From positions 1 through 64,000 of the forward strand of contig CAXHJY010001509.1 in the NCBI GenBank assembly GCA_964016885.1: 64,000 nucleotides of DNA, written 5' to 3'. Of the stretch, positions 41,034 through 54,886 are shown in pieces. The position numbers and the translations under genes are program-made. This DNA comes from Eledone cirrhosa. Lineage: Eukaryota. The notes beneath the pieces are model-generated. The model did no database searches and had not been told where the DNA came from. It worked only from the letters and a program-made list of their open reading frames with translations. Each line of letters starts with the position of its first letter. Position 1 is the first letter of the stretch.

Positions 41034-41378
41034 GGAGGCACATGGCTTAGTGGTTAGAGCATTGGCCTTGCAATCGAAAGGTTGAGAGTTCAATTCTCAG
41101 ACCGGGTGATGTGTTGTTTCCTTGAGCAAGACACTTTATTTCACATTGCTCCAGTTTACTCAGCTGTAGAAATGAGATGATAGGGACTGGGTTCCATATC
41201 ATTCCACTGCAAAGTGGTCGTGGAGGTGCCACGGCAAAAAAGCACCCAGCACTCACTGTAAATGAGATTGGTGTTAGGAAGGGCATCCAGTTGTAGAAAT
41301 AAAGCCAAAATCAGTTCCCATCCCATCCTTGCAAGCAGGGAAAAGTGGACGTAAAATGAAATGATGAATGATGATGAT
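41034..41378 (+). mobile_element. SINE family B, full length (tRNA head, CORE-like core, RTE tail)
   Basis: TGGCTTAGTGG A box, GTTCAATTC B box, CCTTGAGCAAGACACTT core, tail shared with the RTE 3' UTR. Confidence 0.93.
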
Positions 41379-41603
41379 ATATATATATATATCAGGTAAA
41401 ACCAACATTAAAAAATGATAATGAAGATATATGTTAATACATGGTGTTAGAAATATATTAAAAAACTGTCAGTTTCATAGATATTATTGACAAAATCACA
41501 TACTCTTCATTATCAGAACTTCTACTTTAAATAATTGATCGTGAAACACTTTATCTGTGAATAAACAATGATGCTATATTGATACTTCTCTCTCGCTCAT
41601 TAT

Positions 41604-41639
<36 letters not shown>

Positions 41640-41866
41640 TTTGACAGGTTTCAGCTAATAGAAGCTGTGTGAAAATGAAATGCAAGTAGCAAAAAAAATA
41701 CTTTAAATAAAAAATGTACACCTGAGTTCCCGACTCCCTCATTTTCTCTAAAAAAAATGTTTGGGCATATTATACATCATATACTCTCACAAATATATAT
41801 ATATGTGTGCCACATATACATGTGTGCCACATATATATGTGTGTAAATTGATGCATCATATGAAAG

Positions 41867-41906
<40 letters not shown>

Positions 41907-42284
41907 GATAAAAATAATATCCTATTACCAGCTGTTTATCTGACATCTTCATAGTTTTGTACTTGTAAGACCGGACTACTAGTCCAGCTGTGTACAACTA
42001 TGTTAGAAATTTAGTTTAACACTGAGAATGGAAAAAAAGAACATATAACCAAGACAACTCAAAAAACAATTGTTGAGCATTGCAAAACAAAAGAATGTGC
42101 AATGAAAGGGCTGAGAAAAAAGGAAATGTTGGGTCAAGGATGTATTTTCAAGAGAGCATGTTTTGAACTTTGAAGTAGTAGAAAAACCACAACGATGAGG
42201 GACGGAATCATGGCAATAACAATAACAATTAAATTAATATTCTAGAGACAGACAGAGATATGTAGCCCAGTCATATAAGTATAT

Positions 42285-42674
42285 CATCATCATCATCATT
42301 ATCATTTTACGTCCGCTTTTCCCTGCTTGCAAGGGTTGGACGGGAACTGATTCTGGCTTGATTTCTACAGCTGGATGCCCTTCCTAACACCAACCTCATT
42401 TACAGTGAGTGCTGGGTGCTTTTTTTTCGGTGGCACCTACATGTCCACTTTACAGTGTGGGCTGGGTACTTTTTTGTTGTAGCACCTCCACGACCACTTT
42501 GCAGTGGAATGATAGGGACCCCAGTCCTATCATCTCATTTCTACAGCTGAGTAAACTGGAGCAATGTGAAATAAAGTGTCTTGCCCAAGGAAACAACATC
42601 ACCCGAACTGAGAATTGAACTCACAAACTTTCGATTGCAAAACCAATGCTCTAACCACTAAGCCATGTGCCTCC
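42285..42674 (-). mobile_element. SINE family B, tail with an extra RTE module
   Basis: Matches the 41034 copy plus AGCCCACACTGTAAAGTGGACATGTAGG module. Confidence 0.92.
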
Positions 42675-43429
42675 ATATATTAAGGAAAATATATTAAGGA
42701 AAATTGCACAAAGACAGCATAATGAAGAAAATGAAACTTTCATCTCACTATTTTTCACTCATTCTCTCTCTCACATTAGATCCATCCAACAACTATTGTG
42801 TTTACTTATTGAAGAATTGCTGATCTCACATGTTTCTGCCATATACGAGGATATATAATGATCAACATATATAGATCATCGTCATGCTAGCAAGTGTTTA
42901 TATATATATATTTATACACACATACTTACATAGATATAAATGTATATGTATATGCATATATAATTTGATTGAGAAACTAGCCAATGGTTAAAAACAAGTA
43001 AATTCTATTTGTATATATAATTATTTATTTCTCTTGGTTCATCCAAATATAGGCAAATACGGAAAAATGCATAATTAATAATTTAGGAAATATTGGTTTG
43101 GCTAAATTTAATATCAAAATATATTTTCATTTCTTAACTCTCTAATGGCAAACATAGTAGCTGAACAAAACTAATGCCATATGTGTGTAAGCATATAATT
43201 TATACATCTGTTTTTCCTTGCTTGCAGTTGTTGAAAAATTGAAGAGCCAATTCTATAGCCAGATTCTATTCCTGCAATTGTTAATTTTATGTAAGGTGCA
43301 GATCTTTATACACATAGCCACTGAGAAGATGGATTTCTGTTTATTTGTATAAAATAATAACTGTGTGTGTGTGGTTTGTGGTGTATGTGTGTGTGTAGAC
43401 AATCTCTCTGTAAGATTGTGCTGGATTGA

Positions 43430-43868
43430 GTGCCTACCTGCTACATCAACATTTTACAGGGGCATGCATTGCTGTAACAGAATCAAAGATGGAAATACAG
43501 TGGTTTTTGATGTCATCACAAAGGTGTGATAGGTATGGGTACTGAATTTCATCATCAGAATGTTATGGATGATCCATTATATGGTCTCATGTGGGGTCAG
43601 GAAAGACTCAGACCTGTACAATGGTGAAGTAGGCTTGGCTACATGCTACGCATATCCACAAAGACACCAGTGTGGGAGGGGCACCCTCAAAGAGAAGCCA
43701 GAAGGCAAATCTATCAAGATCTGGTTGAGCTCTGTGGAAGCAGCTCTGATAGATGCAGGTCTGGCCTGGGAACAGGCTCTGACGTGGCTTGCAACCATAA
43801 AACATATAAAATTGAGATCTCTTATGCTCCATAAGGAGCATAAAGAACTAAAGAAGATGTATGTGTGA
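43430..43868 (+). mobile_element. Decayed RTE-like LINE 3' fragment
   Basis: KPEGKSIKIWLSSVEAALIDAGLAWEQA resembles an RTE ORF end. Confidence 0.5.
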
Positions 43869-46342
43869 GGAAAAGATATATTTATATGTTGGTACACAGA
43901 TAAATAATGGTGAGAGCAGTTGTAGTGGTAGTATTGCTGAGATATTCAATGAAATTAAAAGACCACTAACCAGTTTAGTGTTGAGGCAACAAAAATATAA
44001 TATATGAAGTTATATTAGTGACTGAGAATTGATGGTTTGATTCAATTGAGATAACCAAATTTTCACTTACATTTTATTGTAAATATATTTAATGCTTAGA
44101 TGTCATTGGCACTACCATTGTAGACACCATCATTGCCATCACTATCAGCATCAACATCACCGTTTTCCTCATCCTCATTACCATTAATATCATCATGAAC
44201 ATCACCAACATATCGGTCTAATTCGACTAAAACATGCCCATAGCTGTATCTTACCCACACACAAAACTCAATTTTTTTCTTAGGGAGTTAGTGTGCATTA
44301 ATGTATGTAGGAGCTTGTGTGAATGTAGCTGGATTCATGTTATGAGTGTGCCTGTCTCTTTAGTACTTAAGTGTATATATGCATGATTACTTAATGTATG
44401 TGTGCATTTGTATGCCATATACATACATAACTGAAGGCATATCTTTAATCAATCAAATTCAAATTGTGAATCTTTGGAATTTTTTAGTAATCTTCACTGT
44501 AACACTATTCAATTGGCTTTGGAGAATGCGAGTCAGTTGATTTTCTTTCTTCAAAAACACCAAAATTCATGCAAATCTTTGGTTACATAGCCCAGAGCAT
44601 GTATGAGAACTACAAATGAAAACCTATAATCAGGTTAAAAGAATTGTAAATTCCACATTGATTCATTCTAGGTATTTTCTTTAAGTTCTCAACCATAAAA
44701 AATACCTTCCTATTCAGTGTGAAGTTAACCTACACCAGTGGGTTTACTTATCTTTCCTGTCCCATGGAGCAATATCAGGTTGTATTTGCACTAAATTGTT
44801 CTTTTTGTTGGAATGTTCAGTCAATATTCCTTATTTTTTTAAAGTGTGGATAAATTCTGGTTTTGGTTCTGGTTGTTGTGTTTCTTTATGTAATCATCAA
44901 GACAACCTTCTTGTTGATAAATATTGTAAATAGCCTTGGCACCTGTCATGGCTCATGTAAAAATAGTATCATCATCATTATCATCAATTCTTATTTATGT
45001 TCCACATAAACAGAGCTCTAACTGCTCAATGGTTAGATTCACAGTGGTTAGGATTGGCATCAGTAAGAGCATTTAGCTATAAAATTTTGCCTCAAAAATG
45101 TTTATCAAACCCATGCCAGCATAGAAAAATGGATGTACTAATGATGATGGTAAAAAAAAAAAATATATATATATATAGTTGTTGAATTGTAAGTATTGGT
45201 ATAAATACATTTAATGACACTATATTAATATAAATATAATTGAGAGAGAGAGAGAGAAAGAGAGAGAAAGAGAGAAAGAGAGAAAGAGAGAGAAAGAGAG
45301 AGAAAGGGAGAGAAAGAGAGGGGGGGGTCTGACTTAAAACAGGTGATTTAATAATATTTTTTTTAAATCAGATTAGTTAGCATAAAGAAGAATATAATAT
45401 CAAAATAATTTTTTAAAATAAAATTATTTTCAATATGAAAATCTTGTTGTTTATTAGAATTTCATCTTAGAAATTAATTAATATTTGTTGCTTCAGGTAT
45501 TAAAGATGAAAGTTTAGTTTAAACAAAAGTTTAAGCTGCAACAGCAATATATTATCAGCAGTTTTCATTTCTAGACATTTTTTGATTCCAGTGAATATCA
45601 GACAACTACCTGGCTGGTTCTGGCACCATGGTAAACTCCACTTAGTACAATCTGTAAAGAAGTTAATGATCAAACAGTGACAACATAGGGTAAGGAAAAT
45701 TCATTCTGTTGAGGGCATAGTCTCTTTGGTGTTATTCCATGATAAAAATGCGACCAGTTCAATCTATAAAGTGATTGATATTGATACTCGGAAAGGCACT
45801 AGGCCATAGGAACTGTACTAAAAATGGAATTTAGGAATGTGTTTAGGTCTCTCTACACATGAAGGGGAGCAGATATTCCAAATAAGAACTGACTTGGACT
45901 GAGATGGGTGGCCAAACACATGACAATAAAATGAAGATTATGATAAAGGTAGGGGTCATTTGAGACTGTGATAGTGACAAAGGTGATAAAATCATAGGGA
46001 GTTTGTAGGTTTAAAAAATTTAGTTAGCCACGAGGAACGAAAATATCTGCCATTTTGGACAAACATTCCTCAGACTTTTGCACTTATTATTATTGCAACT
46101 AAACTTACTGATCTCATTAAACTATCTTGAAAAAATATAATGTTGGCTTTGGTAGAATTTGAAGTCAGAATGTAGAATTTATAAAGTAGGTATGTATGGC
46201 TGTAGGGTTAAGGAGTGAAATTTTGTAGACATAAATTGCAGAAGCCTCTACTTCATAAATTCTACATTTTGACTTCAAATTCTACCAAAGCCAACAATAT
46301 ATTTTTATACATTTGCATCATAGTTTAGCATGTTTTTCAGGC

Positions 46343-46379
<37 letters not shown>

Positions 46380-46382
<3 letters not shown>

Positions 46383-46858
46383 TCATCATCATCATCATCA
46401 TCATCATCGTTTAACGTCTATCTTCCACGCTAGCATGGGTTTAGACGGGAATTGTCCCACTTGAGGCAAGATTGGTCGTCTCACTCGTATGTTACTGTCT
46501 GGCAGGTTTTCTACGGCTGGAAGCCCTTTCTAACACCAACCACGTTTACACACATATATATATACATATATATATATAAATAAATAAATAAATAAATATA
46601 TATCACCTTGACCGACCAGTCTGTCGGGTGCCAATCGGCGCCGCTGGTCACAGCATGTCGTGCTGTTTTAGACATAAGATAACGCCATCCCACTGGCTGG
46701 GTGGGCAGGCTGGTACTCATTTCTAGAGCTGAGCAAACTGGAGCAACGTGAAATAAAGTGCCTTGCTCAAGGAAACAACACATCACCCGGTCCGAGAATT
46801 GAACTCTCAACCTTTCGATTGCAAGCCAAATGCTCTAACCACTAAGCCAAGCACCTTC
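46380..46858 (-). mobile_element. Composite: RTE tail (46380-46548) plus CORE-like SINE with a different 3' end (46604-46858)
   Basis: Tail and SINE head match other copies in the window. Confidence 0.85.
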
Positions 46859-47327
46859 ACATATATATATATAGTAGCCTGAAAAACATGCTAAACTATG
46901 ATGCAAGTATGTATGTGTGTGTGTGTGTTTCTGCATTTACACTTGTGTATGCCTGTGTTTATGTCTCATAAGCAGTTAGACAAAAAGAAACTGATTAGAA
47001 CCTCTCTCGAAAAAGATAAGTCCTAGGGTTGATATGATTGACTAAAGCTAATAAATAATAAAAGTAAAATAATAAAAGAATTCTATTTAGCCATTCATCA
47101 ATTTCTGTCAGTCTGTTGACTTAAGTATATATCAAAAATACATTTAAGTTTAACATACATATGCATGTGTGTGTGCACGCATATGGATGCATATATGTTT
47201 GTGAATTTGTATATTTATATATGTATGTATATCTGTGTATATATATATATATATGTGTGCACCTGAAGCATATATGTTTGTATTACACATACATATATAC
47301 ATACACAATACAAACGTGTGCTTCAGG

Positions 47328-47370
<43 letters not shown>

Positions 47371-47740
47371 GTATATCTAACATCACAGAATTATATTATT
47401 GTATTTGAAAGCTTTTATATACTTCATCAACTTTTCTAAACATGCCACACAATAGATAATGTCTGTGTGGAAGGAAATATGAAAAGTCTCTCATCTCCTG
47501 TGTCCACAATCTGCTGTGAATGCTGAAGTCCCATTGTCTTCAGAATGAGATTCAATGACATATTTTAATCCTAAATTATTCTGCAAGTGTCATTCTTTTG
47601 TCAAGATTCTCTCAGGCAGGTTTTGTCTGTGTTTTTGATATCCGAAATAAATAAATGTTGATGTCTGTACTGTTTATATTTAGATATATATGTATATATA
47701 TATATATGTATATATAAGTATATATATATGAGTATATATA

Positions 47741-48365
47741 TCATCATCACTGTTTTACGTCCGTTCTTCCACGCTAGCATGGGTTAGACGGGTTGTCCTG
47801 TTGTGGGCAGTGTCTGGTCGGCTGACCATGCCTTGCTCATACAGGAACTGATTTTGCTTGATTTCTACAGCTGGATGCCCTTCCTAACACATGTCCACTT
47901 TACAGTGTGGGCTGGGTGCTTTTTTGCCATGGCACCTCCACGACCACCTTGCAGTGGGGGGTGTGGGGGCATATTGTCTATATGCTTCAGCTTGTACCCA
48001 TGGGAGGTCGGGTGCTCTGTATTACTGCGTGACGCCAGAGGTCACGGTCGTGTGTCATCGCCTTTGAGAGGTGTAATTGGGTAAGGTCGGCTTTTATCAC
48101 CTCATCCCAGGTCATCTTGGGTCTCCCCACTCTGCGGTTTCCATCGACTTCTAGTGCTCTGTACCTTTTTATGCAGCTGTCATCCTTCATACGCATCACA
48201 TGTCCATACCAACGCAACCACCTCTCCTGCACACAGCATTTGGTCCCTCTTATGCTCAGTCTCTCTCTCAATTCATTTATGCTTTGTCGTTCACGTATAT
48301 TACTATTACACATCCATCGGAGCATGCAGGCTTTGTTTCTCTCTAATCTACGTAAGTCTTCCACA
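47741..48365 (-). mobile_element. RTE LINE 3' fragment, subfamily B
   Basis: [16 protein letters not shown]...[11 protein letters not shown]...GRPKMTWDE; near-identical to 21692-22170. Confidence 0.95.
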
Positions 48366-48653
48366 CATATATATATATATGAAAACAGGGAGAAAGAGAC
48401 GATTATGAGGAAGAAAATTTTTTTTTTTTTTTTTCATATATATTTATATATATTTTCTCCGTTTTCATATATATATATCCTAACTCGTGTGCCTCCTCTC
48501 CACATTTTATTATTATACTTATATATATATAAACATATATATATATATACTTATATATATATATATATAAACATATATATATACTTATATATATATATAT
48601 ATAAACATATATATATACTTATATATATATATATATATATACATATATATATA

Positions 48654-48697
<44 letters not shown>

Positions 48698-49734
48698 TAT
48701 ATATATATATATATATAAGTATATATATATAATTATATATATATGTGTGTGTGTGTATGTATGTGTATGTGTGCGAGTGTGTGTGTGTATGTGTCTGTGT
48801 CTATGTGTGCGAGTGTGTGTGTGTGCGCGCGTGCACGTGTGTGTAGATATATAAATATATACACATATATATCACCATCAGATGACTATACACACACACA
48901 AACACACACACGCACATATATGTATACACACACACACGCACATATATATAAATACAGATATATAATATATATGATTAAGCAAATAGATATGTTTAATTCT
49001 ATATCTTTATAAATGAATTAATAACACACCATTACATTATTTAAGTTTTGAATAATGAAAGTGTCTAAGTGTTAGCAAGAAACATTCTAACAAATTATAT
49101 CTCTTCACACTGTTTTACTAACTCCCTCCCTACCACCAACAACAACCAGCATGTAGCTAGCAGTCTCCATTATTCCCTTCCTTATCCTATTCATACTCTC
49201 TCCTTCATCCTATTGGTAATTTTGCCCCTACATTTTCATGCCTTGAAAAACAGGAATGGAATGAAGTGTATAGGGCTCTTTATCTATGCAGGCAACAAAA
49301 CACCCTCTCCAGTGTTGGCACCATGATCAAATACATTCAGTATACTCTAAGCTGGTCAGCAATCAAATAGTTTCAATGTAAGGCAAAGAGGTCTCTTCAA
49401 ACACATCAAGGATTTGACCTCACTAGTGCTGGTGCCATGATATATAACTCCTAATATACTCTAAAGTGGTTAGTGTTTAAAGTAACTATCCTTAAAAACC
49501 ATGCTAAAATGATTTGCAGCATTTAGTAACAGTTCTTTACATTCTGTGTTCAAATCCAAAGTTAATTTTGACTTTCATCCTTCCAGAGTTCATAAAATAA
49601 AGTACCAGTCAAGTGTTGGGTTTGATATAATTAATTTACTCCTCCCACAAATTGCCACCCGTGTGTTTAAAAATCATTATAATTAAAGTTAACTACAATA
49701 CTTTTAACTACACAAAGTTTCATACCAGAGATCA

Positions 49735-49935
49735 TCTTCGCCCATTTATTCCTAAGAGGGTCTTGTGGGGGGCAGAGTTCTCAAACACTCCTTCCAGTGG
49801 GTCCTGTCAGAAGCAACCATCTCCAACTGATCCAGCTGGATCCCCAAGCATGACTAGCCAAGCTCATGGATCCAACCAACTTGCTCAGGGTGATCTATGC
49901 TTGGGTCTCTTGCCAGCTGGTTTTTGCCCATAAAA
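49735..49935 (-). mobile_element. Decayed RTE/Expander-like 3' end
   Basis: Minus strand AGKRPKHR..ASWLD..AW motif remnants. Confidence 0.4.
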
Positions 49936-50712
49936 TCTGTTCAGTGATTATTTCCTGAGACATTCAAACCACATGTAATATAGTAAAGACCTTTGTGTTT
50001 GAGAGAAACAAAAAAAAATCATTTCAAATCAATCATGATTATATTTTCCTCTCTGTTCTAAATATTGAACTATTAACTGAAATCAATAATAGGCTGGATG
50101 ATTTTGTTTTGTTTTCTCTTTATAATTAGTAGAGTCCTTTTTATTGTTTAGTGTAGCCAGGGGTGGGATCCAATTTGTGAAACCTCAATTTGACTTTAAT
50201 AATAACCTTTTGTTCTGCTGTTTTACCATATTGTATTATATTAGGTTCTTTATGAGATGGTTGAATACAAAACATAAATCAATTTCTTTTTGTATTGTTG
50301 AGTAACTGATGATATTCATTTTTTTGTTTTATGTGTAAAATGTTCCATTACCATGAATTAATTAAGTAATTAATGGTTAATGATGTGAAATTAATAAATG
50401 TTAGTTTTTTCTTGTTCTAGTTGTTTTTGTAACTGAAAGAAATAAAACTATTTTATGGCCGCGAAGAAAATTCTTTAAAAATATTTGTAAGATAACATTA
50501 TTACAACAGTAGTAAAATTCTTTCTGATTCTTTACATTCTAAGTTCTAATCCCACTAATATCAACTTAGCTTTTCCTCCTTCTGGGGTTGTTAAAATAAA
50601 GTACTAGTCAAGTACTAGAGTTGCTTTAATCAACTTTGCCTTTCACCATAATTAACTGACCCTTTTCCTAAATTAGAAATCCATCGATATATATATATAT
50701 GTATCTATATAT

Positions 50713-51138
50713 CATCACCGTTTTGCGTCCATTCTTCCATGCTAGCATGGGTTAGACTGGTTGGTTGTAGGCAGTGTCTGGTTGGCTGACCTTGTCTTGC
50801 TCATAAAGGAACTGATTCTGGTTTGATTTCTACAGCTGGATGCCCTTCCTAACACCAACCTCATTTACAGTGAGTGCTGGGTACTTTTTTTCCGTGGCGC
50901 CTACATATCCACTTTACAGTGTGGGCTGGGTGCTTTTTTGCTGTGGCACCTCCACGACCACTTTGCAGTGGAATGATAGGGACCCCAGTCCTATCATTTC
51001 ATTTCTACAGATGAGTAAACTTCAGTAATGTGAAATAAAGTGTCTTGCCCAAGGAAACAACATCACCCGGCCCAAGAATTGAACTCACAACCTTTCGATT
51101 GCAAGCCCAATGTTCTAACAACTAAGCCATGCGCCTTC
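50713..51138 (-). mobile_element. SINE family B head joined to the long RTE subfamily-B tail
   Basis: 3' part matches 21920-22165. Confidence 0.9.
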
Positions 51139-51151
51139 ATATATATATATA

Positions 51152-51434
51152 AGTAGTAACATGTGCTTATGCCATATTGGACTTAATAGAATTAGTCTGC
51201 TAGTTTGGATTTTTAAAAAACCTCTGAATGGAAAAATGAATGAGTATTGACAAACCCACATCTTTGGTTTGCCAGACAAATGTGTTACCATTACATCAAC
51301 ATGTCTGGGCAACCAAAGATGTGGGTTTGTGTCCCAATACTCATCCTTTTTTCCATTGAGAGGGTTTCTTTTTAAATCCCAACTAGCAGACTAATTCTAT
51401 TTAGTCAAATACTGCATAAGCACAAGTTACTACC
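51152..51434. mobile_element. About 283-bp almost fully palindromic MITE, TA-flanked
   Basis: Arms AGTAGTAACATGTGCTTATGC...GCCAGACA and TGTCTGGGC...GCATAAGCACAAGTTACTACC. Confidence 0.85.
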
Positions 51435-52123
51435 TAATTTTCAAATTCGCTAGCCATTTCTAAACGAAGCATGCTTTGTGTCTCCCGATTTATATACATA
51501 TATATATATATATATCACATTACAAATATACATTTTGTTAGCACAGAGTATTTTGTTCACTTTTATATTCAAACTATATTTTATTGAGTAATTGTGAGCA
51601 ACCAAGATTTTGAAAAATATATTTCCTATAGCTTCTATAGACTCTATATATATAAAACTACATGGTTTAAACACATTTTCGCACTAGATGTCAACGTGTA
51701 TTTGTTTACAACATTAATATTGATATAAAGTGAATACTGACAAGACCAATCCGCCCTACAGATACATTCGTTTCCTCCTGTCTATGTATGTAATAAATGT
51801 TCAAGCACAGAGCATGGTGCAGCAGTTAACTCACATGTTATTTTTCATACCTGATTTTCTAGTAAAAAGCTGTGATTTATCTATGAGAATACATATACAT
51901 CATCAGCATTTACTGTCTGCTTTCCTGCTTGCAAGGGTTGGCTGTGTTTACCTTACTAAATCAGTACTGAAGCAGGGCTACTGACCTCCCATACTGGCTG
52001 AGGGGTTTGCATCACGCATAGATACATTCGATCAAGTGTAGAGAAGAAATTGTATCTTTTGACACAAACTGAAGAGTCCTCCCAACACACATGCATATAT
52101 ATATACACACACACGTGCACGTG

Positions 52124-52173
<50 letters not shown>

Positions 52174-53209
52174 TATATATTTCATATGTTATATAATTAA
52201 ATTGATAAAATATCTCATTTCTTATTACTTAACTAATCTTAGCTTAATGCTGAGTAATTCCATTAACAAATCTTATAATTAAGTATTATTTAACGTATCA
52301 CATGAGTCTGCTTATATATGCAGACAGCAAATCTCTTATTCTTATCTGAACTCTGTGTGATCTTCACAAATAACTAGCATATATATAAATACACTTCACG
52401 CCAAACTTCAAAGTAATTAAAAGAATTTCTCTCGTCCTTTCTTCCAGAGAGGAAAAGTTTTATAAATATAGATTATATCTAACATTTGCTTAAGTAATCT
52501 ATGCATTTAATATGCCATTCCAGTGCACTACTACTAATCCATTAGCAATCTTTAAGTGTGGATCAGCAACATGTCTTAATCCATACAAGTAAAGTAGTCA
52601 CACCTATAATAAGTAATAATGAAGTATACTGTTTTATGAGAAGAGACTTATCTAGTAACCTCTTCAATGACCATTTTTAAGACTATTATAATCAATCTGG
52701 TTTTAATCTTTGCAGCCAGTGTATTCTATCTGTGTCTATTATCTTCTTAGAATCCATTAAAGGTTTGAAATATCATTAGTTGTCAAGGTGTTATTTGACT
52801 AGAGTATTCCACTTCACAGTTAATAACAAACATTGATAGCCAGATCAAAGGTGTAAAATCATATATATATATATATGTTAGTTTGTATGTTTATATATAT
52901 ATATATGTTAGTTTGTATGTTTATATGTATATATATATGTCTGTTTGTATGTATATATATGCACTTGTGTGAGTAAGAATACGGTGGTGATTAAAAGTTT
53001 TGAAAATAGAATTAGAAGCTTTCACCATACATTGACTACAGAAAATAGACTAATATTAGGGCATATGAGACCCCATAAGGAGGGGAAAATGGGCATTAGC
53101 ATGCATGGGAATCAAACCCACACCTTTTATTCAAACAACCAAATATTTCTTATTCTGACTATAATACAATGGGTTATGTACTAGCGAAATGATTTCCTGA
53201 GAGGATATT

Positions 53210-53550
53210 TCATTTCATTTCATTTCATTTTCCGTCTGCTTTTTTCCCTACTTGCAAGGGTGGGACGGGAACTGATTCTGGCTTGATTTCTACAGATGCA
53301 TGCCCTTCCTAACACCAACCTCATTTACAGTGAGTGCTGGGTGCTTTTTTGCCGTGGCACCTCCACGACCCCTTTGCAGTGGAATGATATGGACCCCAGT
53401 CCCTATCATCTCAATTCTACAGCTGAGTAAACTGGAGCAATGTGAAATAAAGTGTCTTGCTCAAGGAAACAACATCACCCGGTCTGAGAATTGAACTCAC
53501 AACCTTTCGATTGCAAGGCCAATGCTCTAACCACTAAGTTATGTGCCTCC
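53210..53550 (-). mobile_element. SINE family B
   Basis: Matches 41034-41378. Confidence 0.93.
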
Positions 53551-53793
53551 ATATAGATTATAAAAACTAGAACTCTGGATTACTGATACAAACAGTTTTG
53601 AGTTCAATCTTATTAGAAGCTACATAATCCATACCAAAGTAATTTTGATGGAATAGGTTCTATATCTTATTAACTATTCTGCCTGTGTTAACCATGGTTA
53701 CATAGACTATACAGCTACTACTTATTTCATACTTGTCTTGTTTCATCCCATTCTTTTTTATTTATTTATTACATTCTTTAATTTCACTCACAA

Positions 53794-53960
53794 GCACTGC
53801 GTCTCCTCCCCATCTTCCAGGGAAATGCCTTCTCTATTCTGTCTACCAGGGCCATAGGGCGGCCAGTACGTGGGCCCTCGTTTGCTCATAATAGTCAGAG
53901 ATGGGTAAAGTGAGAGACAGAGGCAGTGAAAGTTTGGTTCCGTTGTGTTCTGACCTGGTG
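53794..53960 (+). mobile_element. CRE-clade 3' tail fragment
   Basis: GNAFSILS motif; reverse homolog of 58000-58180. Confidence 0.65.
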
Positions 53961-54848
53961 TATATGTATATATTTATTTACCACACCACACTAACTGTAT
54001 ATTACAAGATTCTTTTGTACGTTACTGGTGCTTTATTTTACCTTTTAACATGATTCTCATATGTTCAAAAGAAAGTCCTGAACCCCACCCCACCCCACCC
54101 CTGAACCATCAAAACTCCATCCTCCATTCTTCTCATGTCACACACAAACCTATCAGATTTGATAAATTGCATCAATTTCTTTTGTTCTCTAACACTGACC
54201 ATCGCTAGATAGATTACATAGTTTGTTTTCATCTTTACAGTTCTGCTGGCAGAGATGTTTAATGTGTTGCATAATTGGCTACCATGCTGTCATAGATTCC
54301 GAAAACCTTTATTCCATAACCATTTAGGCTCCCAGATAAATTATATAACTCTGCTTGCTGTAGTGTTATAGTGTACCTTGTCTATGATTAGAATTCTAAA
54401 CCAATTTCATGGTTGAGTGAAGAAATAGCAGAAGAGAGGCCATTCATTCATCTATAAAACAAGCTGGTCCAACAAACGATTTCACAAGAAATCACAGGAA
54501 AAATGGAAAACAAAAATATACATGATAGAAGAAAAATATATGATATACACTGTTTATATGATATCCAGTTTATTCCTGAGATTTTCCCTTTATTTATAAA
54601 ACCAATGGATTGTTAAGAATTTCACATGGATGAGGTTATCAGGTTACGATTACTAGAAGGTATTTTGTTTTTGCTTTTCAGATTCAGATTCCTTCTCTAA
54701 ATTTTTCTTAGATTGTGTGTATGTTATATGAAAAAGAGGTTATTTGAAAGTACACAGAGATAATTGTATGGAAATATTTTCAATTGATGCTAGAGTACAA
54801 GCAGCACATAAAGCCAGAAAAAGTGATCGTTGATGCAGAAGCAATTAT

Positions 54849-54886
<38 letters not shown>

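Noticed and set aside
46030-46080. Hammerhead (minus-strand CTGAGGA plus hairpin)
   Set aside because: No GAAA, helix III or UH after the hairpin.
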